A stretch of 64,000 nt of DNA from positions 811 through 64,810 of the forward strand of contig JAAEMR010000159.1 of the NCBI GenBank assembly GCA_024225395.1, written 5' to 3'. Every line of letters starts with the position of its first letter. Position 1 is the first letter of the stretch. The position numbers were made by a program, and so were the translations under genes. The notes beneath the pieces are model-generated. The model was given only the letters and a program-made list of their open reading frames with translations, did not search any database and was not told where the DNA came from. This document shows positions 41,233 through 50,847 of the stretch, in pieces. The DNA comes from Gammaproteobacteria bacterium. Lineage in GTDB: Bacteria > Pseudomonadota > Gammaproteobacteria > GCA-001735895.

Positions 41233-42198
41233 ATGCTAGATACGTGGCCATTATTACAAAACTCACAGTTCCCTGAAATACATCGTTCAAAACTGGAAAT
41301 ATTACAGGTAAATTTAGGATACCTGTGCAACCAGACCTGTCTGCATTGTCATGTGAACGCAGGACCAAAGCGCACTGAATTAATGACCGCGCAAACCATC
41401 TCTGACATTTTAGCCGTGTTAAAGCAACCCGATGTTCACACACTGGATTTGACCGGAGGCGCACCGGAGATGAATCCTCTATTTCGCGAACTGGTCAGTG
41501 AAGCCACATCTATGGGCATAAAAGTTATCGATCGCTGCAACCTGAGCATACTGAGTGAACCGGGTTATGAAGATCTGACTGATTTTTTGACCCGACATAA
41601 AGTTGAAATTGTTGCATCCCTGCCCTGTTACCTGGAACAAAATGTCGATGGTCAGCGTGGTAAAGGCGTGTATCAAAAAAGTATTGATGGCTTACAAAAA
41701 CTGAACCAGGCTGGCTATGCCATTGATGGAACCGGTTTAACGCTGAATCTTGTTTATAACCCTACAGGACCTTACCTGCCACCGGGTCAGCAACAGCTCG
41801 AAACAGATTATAAAAACTTCCTGCAACAGAATTATCAGATTCGTTTCAATCAGCTTTTTACCATCACCAACATGCCCATTGCACGTTTTGGTAGCAGTTT
41901 AATTTCGCAGGGTAAATTTGAAGAGTATATGAATTTACTCAAAGACTCGATGAACCTCGCCAACATGAATGGCCTGATGTGTAAAAATCAGTTGAGTATC
42001 GACTGGTTGGGATACGTTTATGACTGTGACTTCAATCAAATGCTGAAACTGAATCTACAGCATCCACAGACACATAAAAACCTGCATATTCGAGATATCA
42101 TCGAACAGGATATGATTGATTTGGATATTATCGTGGCGGACCACTGTTTTGGCTGTACTGCCGGTCATGGAAGCAGTTGCGGTGGAGCACTGGATTAA
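41233..42198 (+). CDS. arsS: ArsS-family radical SAM protein with Cys-rich C-terminus (arsenosugar-biosynthesis type)
   Basis: QVNLGYLCNQTCLHCHV, DLTGGAPE, IDRCNL, ASLPCY, YDCDFNQM, HCFGCTAGHGSSCGGAL. Confidence 0.88.
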   Translation: MLDTWPLLQNSQFPEIHRSKLEILQVNLGYLCNQTCLHCHVNAGPKRTELMTAQTISDILAVLKQPDVHTLDLTGGAPEMNPLFRELVSEATSMGIKVIDRCNLSILSEPGYEDLTDFLTRHKVEIVASLPCYLEQNVDGQRGKGVYQKSIDGLQKLNQAGYAIDGTGLTLNLVYNPTGPYLPPGQQQLETDYKNFLQQNYQIRFNQLFTITNMPIARFGSSLISQGKFEEYMNLLKDSMNLANMNGLMCKNQLSIDWLGYVYDCDFNQMLKLNLQHPQTHKNLHIRDIIEQDMIDLDIIVADHCFGCTAGHGSSCGGALD

Positions 42199-42218
42199 AC
42201 ATCACCCGATACGTCATT

Positions 42219-42908
42219 ATGACCGATAAAAATATTCTCTTTAGCGTCATAATGCCTACCCTTAATGAGTCGATCACTTTAACTCACTCAGTTACAAAAT
42301 TACTGGAATCTATCGAAAGCCATGCACAGGTTGAAATTATACTGAGTGATGGCGGCAGCGATGACAACAGCCTGAAACAGGTTCAACATTTCCCGATCAC
42401 TATTGTTAACTCCAAAAAAGGTCGTGCGCTGCAAATGAATGCAGGCGCTCGACAGGCCAACGGTGAGTGGTTACTATTTTTACATGCCGACACTCGATTA
42501 CCAGACAACTGGATGCAACTGATTCATAACTGTAAAGGTAACTGGGGAAGATTCGATGTACAGTTAAGCGGTCGACACTGGTTATTTCGAGTCATAGAAA
42601 AAGCCATGAACTGGCGCTCACAAAAAACATCCATAGCCACCGGAGACCAGGTATTATTCTTTAGACGGAATTTTTTTCATCAGCTGGAAGGTTTCCCTGA
42701 AATCCCCTTAATGGAGGATATTGCAATCAGTAAACTTGCCCGAAAATTTATTGCTGCCAACTGCATCGCTCAACCGGTAATTACTTCGAGCCGGCGCTGG
42801 GAAAAAAATGGCATACTACGCACAATCATTTTAATGTGGTCTTTGCGCCTGGCTTACTGGCTGGGTATAAAACCCGAACGATTGCACCGGATATACTACT
42901 CTTCCTGA
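42219..42908 (+). CDS. Family 2 glycosyltransferase of the arsS-associated type (TIGR04283-like)
   Basis: SVIMPTLNE, DGGSDD, GRALQMNAGA, FLHADT, GDQ, PLMED, TSSRRW; start reassigned to ATG 42219. Confidence 0.88.
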   Translation: MTDKNILFSVIMPTLNESITLTHSVTKLLESIESHAQVEIILSDGGSDDNSLKQVQHFPITIVNSKKGRALQMNAGARQANGEWLLFLHADTRLPDNWMQLIHNCKGNWGRFDVQLSGRHWLFRVIEKAMNWRSQKTSIATGDQVLFFRRNFFHQLEGFPEIPLMEDIAISKLARKFIAANCIAQPVITSSRRWEKNGILRTIILMWSLRLAYWLGIKPERLHRIYYSS

Positions 42909-42922
42909 GCTGAAGTTTTTAT

Positions 42923-43519
42923 ATGACACAGACCCTGATTCTACTTTTTGCAAAACCCCCGGTGGAAGGTAAAGTTAAAACAAGGCTTATCCCGGAACTG
43001 GGGGCAAAGTCTGCAACCGCTATTTATCGACATTGCCTGAAGAGCAATATTGAACTGATAAAACAATCCAATGTTGACTTTCAAATCTGGCTTACCGAAC
43101 CTTCTGAGCATCCACTTTTTGACAATGAGCCGGTAAAATACCAGCAAGGTCATAACCTCGGAGACAGGATGTTATACGCACTCACCGATGCTCTTTCCGA
43201 TCACACTAAAGCTATTTTAACAGGATCAGACTGCCTCGAATTAAGCACTCCGTTATTACAACGAGTCTGTGAAAAACTGGATCAACATGAGCTGGTTTTC
43301 ATTCCAGCTCACGATGGTGGTTATGTTCTGATCGCAGCCCAACAATCTATCGACCCGGTCATATTTAAAGATATTGAATGGAGTTCAGAAAAGGTGCTGA
43401 CCCAGACACTTGAACGAGCCATGCAGGCAGGCATAGATACTGCCGTATTAAACCCCTTAAGAGATATTGATCGAGTGGATGATGTGCAACATTATGCAGA
43501 ACTCAAACAGTATTTATAA
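42923..43519 (+). CDS. CofC-like transferase of the arsS-associated type (TIGR04282 / DUF2064-like)
   Basis: FAKPP..GKVKTRL, QQGHNLGDRM, GSDC, PAHDGGYVLI, IEWS, LRDID. Confidence 0.88.
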   Translation: MTQTLILLFAKPPVEGKVKTRLIPELGAKSATAIYRHCLKSNIELIKQSNVDFQIWLTEPSEHPLFDNEPVKYQQGHNLGDRMLYALTDALSDHTKAILTGSDCLELSTPLLQRVCEKLDQHELVFIPAHDGGYVLIAAQQSIDPVIFKDIEWSSEKVLTQTLERAMQAGIDTAVLNPLRDIDRVDDVQHYAELKQYL

Positions 43520-43550
43520 TCCATTTTTTTAGACTCAATCTACACGACTT

Positions 43551-44558
43551 ATGTTATACCCATTGCTTGTCAGACCTTTCGTTTTTGCCCAGGACGCAGA
43601 AACAGCACATGAAACCAGCCTCGAATTACTCAATACATTTAGTTACCTGATTCCCAACACTTTACATCGAAAACCGGTTAAGGTGATGGGACTTGATTTT
43701 CCCAACCCTGTTGGACTGGCTGCAGGTCTGGATAAAAATGCCGATTATTTACCCGGACTCGGGCGACTGGGTTTTGGTTTTATCGAGGTCGGTACAGTTA
43801 CTCCGCGGGCACAGGCAGGAAACCCGAAACCACGTTTATTTCGCCTGACAAAACATAACAGCATTATTAATCGAATGGGCTTTAACAACAAAGGTGTCGA
43901 TTACTTGCTCAACAACATCCGTCAATTGCCAAAACATGACTATATCCTCGGCATCAATATCGGCAAAAATTTAACCACTGCGGTGGATAAAGCCCTGGAT
44001 GATTACACGCTGGCCCTGCAGCAGGTTTATACTTCGGCTGATTACATCACCATCAATATTTCTTCACCCAATACACCCGGGCTGAGAAACTTACAATCCG
44101 AGGAAGCCCTGGAAGCATTGTTAAAAGGTATTAACGAATGCCGAAAAGGTTTGCAGGATGAACATCAGCTCAACCGTCCCATTGCTCTTAAGGTTGCCCC
44201 TGACCTTGACAATCAGGCCATAGCCCCTATTTCAGATTTACTGGTTAAATATAATATTGATGCATTAATAGCAACCAACACCACGCTGGATAAATCCAAC
44301 GTGATGGGACACCCGGCAGCTATCGAAGCCGGCGGTTTAAGCGGTGCTGCTTTAACCGACAAATCCCGCCAGGTGCTGTATCAATTTCATCAACAGTTAC
44401 AGGATCAAATTCCAATCATTTCTGCCGGCGGTATCGATAGCCCTGAAGAAGCACAATTACGTCTTGATCTGGGGGCTAAACTGGTTCAACTGTATAGCGC
44501 AATAATTTTCAAAGGGCCCGGTATCATTAATAAAATCACTAAATCCATTACAGCTTAG
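43551..44558 (+). CDS. pyrD: Quinone-dependent dihydroorotate dehydrogenase
   Basis: NPVGLAAGLDK, GNPKPRLFRL, NRMGFNN, NISSPNTPGLR, KVAPDL, GGLSG. Confidence 0.96.
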   Translation: MLYPLLVRPFVFAQDAETAHETSLELLNTFSYLIPNTLHRKPVKVMGLDFPNPVGLAAGLDKNADYLPGLGRLGFGFIEVGTVTPRAQAGNPKPRLFRLTKHNSIINRMGFNNKGVDYLLNNIRQLPKHDYILGINIGKNLTTAVDKALDDYTLALQQVYTSADYITINISSPNTPGLRNLQSEEALEALLKGINECRKGLQDEHQLNRPIALKVAPDLDNQAIAPISDLLVKYNIDALIATNTTLDKSNVMGHPAAIEAGGLSGAALTDKSRQVLYQFHQQLQDQIPIISAGGIDSPEEAQLRLDLGAKLVQLYSAIIFKGPGIINKITKSITA

Positions 44559-44600
44559 TGGTTAGATTGAAAGGCTTTGTGCTAATATTTATTAACTTTA

Positions 44601-44743
44601 TTCACCACGAAGTTCACAAAGAACACGAAATCTTTCCCGAGTAATTTAGATAATTGTTTTATGAAGCCAATAGCTTATCCAATGGTGAAGCTATGAGGTG
44701 AAAACATATTTATCTTCGTGCTCTTCGTAAGCTTCGTGGTAAA
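44601..44743. repeat. CACGAAG-unit inverted-repeat element, copy 6
   Basis: ttcaccacgaagttcacaaagaacacgaaa ... tcttcgtgctcttcgtaagcttcgtggtaaa. Confidence 0.85.
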
Positions 44744-44779
44744 AATATTTTATAACAACTAAAACCTTATTTAGACACC

Positions 44780-45178
44780 ATGAATGTAGAAGAAATTGCC
44801 CAAAACTGGATGGATAACTGTTGTCAGACTATCCAGCAATATGATCATCCATCACACATGAATTTAATTTCCAAAGATGTGCAGGTATTCGGCATCCCGG
44901 GTTTTGAAGTTATTGGTTATGATGACTGGTTTTCACAATGTGAACATGAATTTAGTGAAAAGCTGATTGAAAAAGCCTCTTATGAAGGACTAAAAGTTCG
45001 TCAGAGTAATAATAGCCAGATCATGTTTCTAACCAATGAATCGGTACTTGCGACCGATGGCACTAGCGACTCTCACCCCATTGAAATAGTCCTGTCCAAA
45101 GAGCAGGATGGTTCCTGGAGAGTCACTCAGGAACGCTTACTATCAGAAGAAGAGGCAAGCCACCTGGGGATAAGTTAA
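44780..45178 (+). CDS. NTF2/SnoaL-like protein
   Basis: 132 aa; N-terminal helix, C-terminal KEQDGSWRV strand typical of the NTF2 fold. Confidence 0.6.
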   Translation: MNVEEIAQNWMDNCCQTIQQYDHPSHMNLISKDVQVFGIPGFEVIGYDDWFSQCEHEFSEKLIEKASYEGLKVRQSNNSQIMFLTNESVLATDGTSDSHPIEIVLSKEQDGSWRVTQERLLSEEEASHLGIS

Positions 45179-45898
45179 GTGCCCGCTCTTGCATCGATGG
45201 ATGATGCCCGGCAGTATTTTCAAAAGCTGCCCGCTGAATTATCCATCTATTTCGATAATGCTTACCAGAAAGCGTTTGACCAGATAATGGAGGCCCTGGA
45301 ACAGTTTTTCGATATCACATCAACGGTTAACCAGCAAGCATCAGATGATCATGTCATTAGCAGTACTGAAGCAACTGAAATCGGAGACCATGGTTTTATC
45401 CTGCTACTCAAACTGGTCAACCTGATGGAAAAACTTGACCTGCCCCATAAACGCAAGGAAATAGAACAGATATCACTGATTTTTGCGCGCTGGGTCATCC
45501 ACTTCAACGGCCAGCTCAAACATATTGAACCCGTCGTGAATGCCTTTGCCCACTCGGCCAACAGTATGAATGAAAAAAAATCATTGCTGGCTCTGGTAGA
45601 ATTAATGAATATGGTTGTCGATGCCAGCTCCAATGAAATCAAACATGACCTGGAAAGTAGTAATATATATCGCCCCTGGCGTTTACTGCATATTAACCGG
45701 GGCATTGTCGCGACACGTACCCATGATACGGACATCATGAAAAAAGTATTTGATGAAATGATTTTGTATTTACCACAGGATGCAGCCGGTTTCTTCAGTG
45801 AAGGCATGCAGGAAATGGATGCACTGGATTACCCGCCAAATGTCCGTAAAATCATCGAAGAATATTTTTTACATCAACCTAAAATGAAATTACATTAA
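45179..45898 (+). CDS. Hypothetical all-helical protein
   Basis: 239 aa ORF abutting the upstream stop; PWRLLHINRGIVATR motif. Confidence 0.7.
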   Translation: MPALASMDDARQYFQKLPAELSIYFDNAYQKAFDQIMEALEQFFDITSTVNQQASDDHVISSTEATEIGDHGFILLLKLVNLMEKLDLPHKRKEIEQISLIFARWVIHFNGQLKHIEPVVNAFAHSANSMNEKKSLLALVELMNMVVDASSNEIKHDLESSNIYRPWRLLHINRGIVATRTHDTDIMKKVFDEMILYLPQDAAGFFSEGMQEMDALDYPPNVRKIIEEYFLHQPKMKLH

Positions 45899-45913
45899 AG
45901 AAGAAGCCCTCCT

Positions 45914-46792
45914 ATGAGTGAACAAAACTTTGAAGTGAATGATTTTATTTTCGATGCCAATGCTTCTAATTTTGAACAACTGGTGCTGAAAAATTCATTA
46001 CTGGGCCCGGTACTTGTGCATTTCTGGTCTCCTAAAGCGGGCCCCAGCTTTCGCCTTTACCCGGTTCTGGAAAGTCTCATTAAATCTTATAAAGGGTCTT
46101 TTTTACTGGTCAATATTAATATTGAAGATAACAACAGCATCAGCCATGATTATGCTATTACCAGCGTGCCCACCATAAAACTGTTCGCTCAGGGAAAGGT
46201 CGTTGAAACCCTGTTTGGCTACCAGGATGAGCAGGATTTACGTTTTATGCTGGATCAATATGTTGCCTCTGAGAATGACATCATTATTCACCAGTCTCTT
46301 CTATTATTCGAACAGGGCGAAATTGAAAAAGCTTACCAACAACTCGGACAAGCCGCCTTAAGTAATCCTCAATATTATAAGTTGCCCCTGACCATTGCCA
46401 CCATGATGCGCAGCGAAGGAAGAATTACCGAGGCACTAAGCCTGCTTACATCATTACCTGAAATGGTACGAGAAAAACCCGCCTGCAAGCGCCTGTTAAT
46501 TGAATGTGACTTTGCTGACATGGCTTCACCGGTCATGGATGCTAATAATTTAATCCCTTTTGTGCGGGAAAACATGGATGAATTACCGGCAGTTAAGCTA
46601 CTAGCTGCCTGGCATGTGACACAAAAAGATTTTAAATCCGCATTAGAGCTTTTTCAAAATATTATGCACAGAGACAGAAATTTTGAAGATGACCTTGGTC
46701 GACGCAGCATTGTAAAAATTCTTGCTTTACTGGATGATAAGCATCCGTTTATCAAACGATATCGAGACATTATTCGAAAGTTGAATAATTAA
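45914..46792 (+). CDS. Thioredoxin-like + TPR co-chaperone (CnoX/YbbN family), no CxxC
   Basis: PVLVHFWSPKAGPS, ITSVPT, C-terminal DRNFEDDLGR...YR. Confidence 0.8.
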   Translation: MSEQNFEVNDFIFDANASNFEQLVLKNSLLGPVLVHFWSPKAGPSFRLYPVLESLIKSYKGSFLLVNINIEDNNSISHDYAITSVPTIKLFAQGKVVETLFGYQDEQDLRFMLDQYVASENDIIIHQSLLLFEQGEIEKAYQQLGQAALSNPQYYKLPLTIATMMRSEGRITEALSLLTSLPEMVREKPACKRLLIECDFADMASPVMDANNLIPFVRENMDELPAVKLLAAWHVTQKDFKSALELFQNIMHRDRNFEDDLGRRSIVKILALLDDKHPFIKRYRDIIRKLNN

Positions 46793-47221
46793 ATTTGTCC
46801 CGCCCGGTGGCTATGGCATAAATAGCTATACTGCCCCTGCCTTTCCACCCGGATGTACAAAGACATAACATCTGTGAAAAATGTGGATTATTGAACTATA
46901 TTAACTGATAGCTCCATCAACATCACCCTCCAGTTAATCAATTTATTCAACCGCAGTGACCAGCGTCTGGCCAGAGATATTGAGAGCCTGAAGGAAAAAC
47001 TATCATCACTCAAAAATGATTTATTTGAGCTGACTGAATCCAGAATGGATATAACCCGGCGATACCCGGCAATGGCTATCTCTACTTTACAGATGCCTGT
47101 TGCTTCGTCTGTTGTGTAAACCTAAAAAATTGTGAACAGTTCATCGACTTTATAAATCACCAACCGGTTAATCTTTGATAGTAACATCATCGTTTTAAAT
47201 TATTTCAGCAAAAAATGATCA

Positions 47222-47836
47222 TCAGGCTTTTGGTACGAAAGCGACCTCATCCCCGTTGAATAATTTTTGATCAGGCGTTGAAAACTGCTTATTAACCGTG
47301 ATGGTTAATCGATCAGGGTCTAGAGCTTCTTTCCACTCTTCACCTTTCTCAGTAAGCTGCTGAATAACATCAGCAACCCTTTGATTATCAGGTAATATCA
47401 TTTCTAACTTTTCGAGACCGAGTGCATCAACCAGTCCAATAAAAAACAACACGGTAATAGCATTCTCACCCTGATTATTATTATGAAAGTCGGCTAGTTG
47501 CTGCTGATATGCCGACCAGTTAGCTTCAAAATTATCACCCAGCTCCTTCAGTGTCTTCCAGGAATACACTCCCGTATCATGTCCATCATCAAATAATAAT
47601 CGAACAGCATAAGAGCCCATGGGTTCTACGCTATCGATATTCACCCGATCTTTACCCAGAATGAGCTCTCCACGTTTTTTAGCCACCCTGACTTCAGCCG
47701 AGGGTGAAAACACACGCAGGTATTCAAAGGGCATATTGAATTCAGAGCCATCGCTAAAATGTATTTCAAATTGACGTGATTTTTGATGCACGGCAATATG
47801 CGTGGGATGGACATTATCTTCTTGCTGTTCACTCAT
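47222..47836 (-). CDS. DUF971 domain fused to a MoaD/ThiS-like beta-grasp domain
   Basis: EYLRVFSPSAEV...FDDGHDTGVYSW, then ITVLFF...ITVNKQF...GDEVAFVP. Confidence 0.8.
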   Translation of the reverse strand: MSEQQEDNVHPTHIAVHQKSRQFEIHFSDGSEFNMPFEYLRVFSPSAEVRVAKKRGELILGKDRVNIDSVEPMGSYAVRLLFDDGHDTGVYSWKTLKELGDNFEANWSAYQQQLADFHNNNQGENAITVLFFIGLVDALGLEKLEMILPDNQRVADVIQQLTEKGEEWKEALDPDRLTITVNKQFSTPDQKLFNGDEVAFVPKA

Positions 47837-48648
47837 AATATTTCCAGACTAACCTCATAACCCGCATATTTACGGATATTAATCACACCCTGTTCAAAAA
47901 TCAGGTACTGACCTTTAATCGCCATCAATGTATCTTCAATAACAGGGTTTTTATCCAGATTAAAACTGGTGATTTTTTCAGGGTACTTCAACGCTGGAAA
48001 ACTAATTTCCTGTTGTGTTTCAGTTTCAGCAATAACCGTTAAATCATCCAGTAACTCAGCATTTAGCTGCTCTTTTACCTGCGGCCAGACATCCTGAAAC
48101 ACAGCTAACAGGTCCACCTCTGAGTAATGATTCTTCAGCATACTGCGCCAGTTGGTTTTATCATTTAAAAATTGCTTAAAGACCGTTTCTATCAAACCTG
48201 AGTAATAACGCTTTGAGACTTTTAAAATAGCCAAAGCCTGTACCGCACCCTGATCTATCCAGCGAGTTGGTAATTGCGTATGCCGTGTAATTCCGACTTT
48301 AACCCCGGAAGTATTGGATAAATAGATGTAATGATCCTGCAAGCAATGATCTTCTCCCCATTCCGGTTCACGACAGGTTCCCTGATCATAGTGACACTTT
48401 TCCGGGGATACGATACAGATATCACATTGTGCCAGCGAGCGAAAACAGGGATAACAATAGCCCTGGCTAAAACTTTTACTGGTTTTCCGGCCACAGTGTA
48501 TACAGTGTATGGCCTGCAATGAAGTCAGTCGTAATCGTTTCCCCAGATGCTCGTGCAATTCAACTGTAGAGCCAGCTAAATTTAACTGATAATGAACGGG
48601 GTCTGCCAGACTCACCTGCATTTTGTGCAATGCACCTTCAAACTTCAT
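47833..48648 (-). CDS. DUF2797 family protein (Cys-rich)
   Basis: CIHCGRKT.KSFSQGYCYPC, CDIC, KVGITR, RWIDQGA, IKGQYL. Confidence 0.85.
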   Translation of the reverse strand: MKFEGALHKMQVSLADPVHYQLNLAGSTVELHEHLGKRLRLTSLQAIHCIHCGRKTSKSFSQGYCYPCFRSLAQCDICIVSPEKCHYDQGTCREPEWGEDHCLQDHYIYLSNTSGVKVGITRHTQLPTRWIDQGAVQALAILKVSKRYYSGLIETVFKQFLNDKTNWRSMLKNHYSEVDLLAVFQDVWPQVKEQLNAELLDDLTVIAETETQQEISFPALKYPEKITSFNLDKNPVIEDTLMAIKGQYLIFEQGVINIRKYAGYEVSLEIL

Positions 48649-49303
48649 TCGCGGTTAACCTCAGCGCTGATTCGAGTAAAGAGCCTAACCCGATTTCACG
48701 CCATTTAGGACGTTCCTCTATTTGCTCATTGCTTTGCAGTAATTCCAACTGATACTCCGGGAGGTACAATTCTTCAACTTCACTCACCGGCACCGAAAAT
48801 GGCGGGCCTTGCATAACAGTCTGATCATAATCCAGTGTGACCAGTAACATCGGTGTACCGGGTGAAACTATGTCCAGCATTTTAAGTTTATAGGACTTTC
48901 GATTAAATGATTCGATGGCGACAATTGATGCACGGTCATAAACAAGTTTGCAGCCCGTTAGATAATCCGCCTGCATATTCATGTAGTTCCCCTGATAAAG
49001 GGTAATACCCGGAGATTCATAAGCCACCAGGTTTTCATGCTGTACTTTTACAAAATCGATATCAGATTCCGCAAAAAATGATTCAATCGCAACCTCGGAT
49101 AATTCGACACCAACCACCTGATAACCCTGTTGAGACAACCATAAGATATCAACTGCTTTACCGCATAACGGCATGAAAATAGTGTCGCCGGGTTGTAGCT
49201 TATATAAGGGTAAAAACTGTTCCAGGTAGGAATTCACCTGCCCTTCATGAAAACCGGGGGATTTCCGCGTCCAGTGACTATGCCAATCTACAGTTTGTTT
49301 CAT
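48638..49303 (-). CDS. tpm: Thiopurine S-methyltransferase (bacterial Se/Te methyltransferase family)
   Basis: W...GFH, PLCGKAVD, GVELSE, YDRA, GPPFSV; start placed at ATG 49303. Confidence 0.88.
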   Translation of the reverse strand: MKQTVDWHSHWTRKSPGFHEGQVNSYLEQFLPLYKLQPGDTIFMPLCGKAVDILWLSQQGYQVVGVELSEVAIESFFAESDIDFVKVQHENLVAYESPGITLYQGNYMNMQADYLTGCKLVYDRASIVAIESFNRKSYKLKMLDIVSPGTPMLLVTLDYDQTVMQGPPFSVPVSEVEELYLPEYQLELLQSNEQIEERPKWREIGLGSLLESALRLTANEV

Positions 49304-49426
49304 CAGTCGAGCCTGCAAAAAGAACGCAGCTTATCTAAATTTGATGGAATTTAAAACGTTAATGTCACCGGGGAATTAATTTGGCAGCTCCCGGACGGGC
49401 GCTGCCAGAATATTTATCAGCTGAAA

Positions 49427-49648
49427 TTAATCAGAAGATTTTACATTGCAGGTGTTGATTCCAAAAATCGCGTATGGAGGACACCAGCCAATCGAAGCCG
49501 TAAATAACATAACTACTCCAACAACAGCAGCAACTATACCCAGTGTTGCACCTTCTAATGCACCCAGCACAGTAAATGCAGCAGCTAAAGCAACAAGTCC
49601 AACGATTGCGCGAATTACGCGTTCAGTAGTTCCAACATTCTTTTTCAT
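49427..49648 (-). CDS. DUF2892 (YgaP-like) membrane protein
   Basis: MKKNVG..ER..R, two TM segments, WCPPY..FGINTC. Confidence 0.88.
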   Translation of the reverse strand: MKKNVGTTERVIRAIVGLVALAAAFTVLGALEGATLGIVAAVVGVVMLFTASIGWCPPYAIFGINTCNVKSSD

Positions 49649-49700
49649 AATAAAGTCTCCAGTTAAGATGAAACAGATTATAAGGACTTAACCAGGAAAG

Positions 49701-49721
49701 GTCGGTGACAATGTCACTGAC
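49701..49721. promoter_or_regulatory. Palindromic operator upstream of the DUF2892 gene (candidate site for the adjacent Crp/Fnr regulator)
   Basis: gtcgGTGAC-aat-GTCACtgac, 53-73 bp upstream of the start. Confidence 0.6.
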
Positions 49722-49741
49722 TTTAGAAATTAATGAAAACA

Positions 49742-50419
49742 TTATTGTTTAGACAGTTCGATAACCGCTTTAGCATTGATAATTTCGATACTGCCCCGGC
49801 TTGAAACGAGCAGCTCACGCTGAGCCATATCACGTAGAATGCGGCTAACAACCTCTCTCGAACTACCCACATCAGCGGCCAGATCTGCATGAGTTTTATG
49901 AATAATGGCGCCTCCTTTTGCAAGTTCACGGGCAAACTGCTCTGCCAGACGAACATCGATGCGCTTAAAGGCAACTTCTTCGACCACCGAAATAATACTG
50001 GATAAGCGATGCGATAAAAGCCCGAAAATAAACTGCTGCCATTGCTGATCCTGACAAAACCACTGTCTGACATTAGCCTGGGGGATTAACAACACTCTAA
50101 CAGGCGTTTCAGTCATCGCCATAGCGGGAAAATTATCCTGATTCATGATGCAGGAAGCCGTTAGCACGCAGCTCTCACCCCCGTATATTCGATACAGGGT
50201 CACTTCCCGCCCGCTAGCAGATAACTTATAAACCCGTCCTATACCGTCAACAATCATCGCCAGGTTCGAGCATTGCTGTCCTTCTTCACAAATAGAAACA
50301 CCGGCTGGAATCTCCGAGTATTGAGCCTCAGCATAAAATGCTGCTACAAAATCCGGCTGCCCCTGTTTTATAAAAGGAAAAAGTTTTTCAAACTCAGCCT
50401 GTTGTACTGAAGAGATCAT
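49742..50419 (-). CDS. Crp/Fnr family transcriptional regulator
   Basis: cNMP-binding-like domain (GREVTLYR..GESCVLT) and HTH THADLAADVGSSREVVSR. Confidence 0.92.
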   Translation of the reverse strand: MISSVQQAEFEKLFPFIKQGQPDFVAAFYAEAQYSEIPAGVSICEEGQQCSNLAMIVDGIGRVYKLSASGREVTLYRIYGGESCVLTASCIMNQDNFPAMAMTETPVRVLLIPQANVRQWFCQDQQWQQFIFGLLSHRLSSIISVVEEVAFKRIDVRLAEQFARELAKGGAIIHKTHADLAADVGSSREVVSRILRDMAQRELLVSSRGSIEIINAKAVIELSKQ

Positions 50420-50538
50420 TGCAAACCTGTTAATAAAATCAATAGGGTATTAAATATCAGAAGCTTTTTAATAGCCATGACAAAATAGCTATTAAAAGTA
50501 AAATCAAAGGTAAGCTGCTATAAAAACAGGGGGAGGAT

Positions 50539-50838
50539 TTACGTTAACTCTACCAATAATTGACCATCTTTGATGATTAGAGGCCAGCTTTTCACACCTT
50601 TACCCGCTAAAGGTGAAAGACCACTCCCGGTTTTGATATCAAACTGCGCCTTATGCCAGGGGCATTCTATTACTTCATCTTTAAGCTGACCTTCACAAAG
50701 AGCAGCCCCCTTGTGCGGACAAAGATTATCGAGAAGATAGAATTGATCAGATTGATAAATGAGCAGCAGGGAATTGTCTTCAATATTGATACATTGAACC
50801 TGTGTTTGCTTCAGTTCTTCTATATTTCCTAATAACAT
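50539..50838 (-). CDS. Rieske [2Fe-2S] ferredoxin
   Basis: CPHKG...CPWH..FD..TG. Confidence 0.9.
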   Translation of the reverse strand: MLLGNIEELKQTQVQCINIEDNSLLLIYQSDQFYLLDNLCPHKGAALCEGQLKDEVIECPWHKAQFDIKTGSGLSPLAGKGVKSWPLIIKDGQLLVELT

Positions 50839-50847
50839 TATTCCAGT

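Noticed and set aside
42150..42198. Selenocysteine in the ArsS C-terminus or in SelD
   Set aside because: The relevant codons are TGT/TGC and neither gene has an in-frame TGA.
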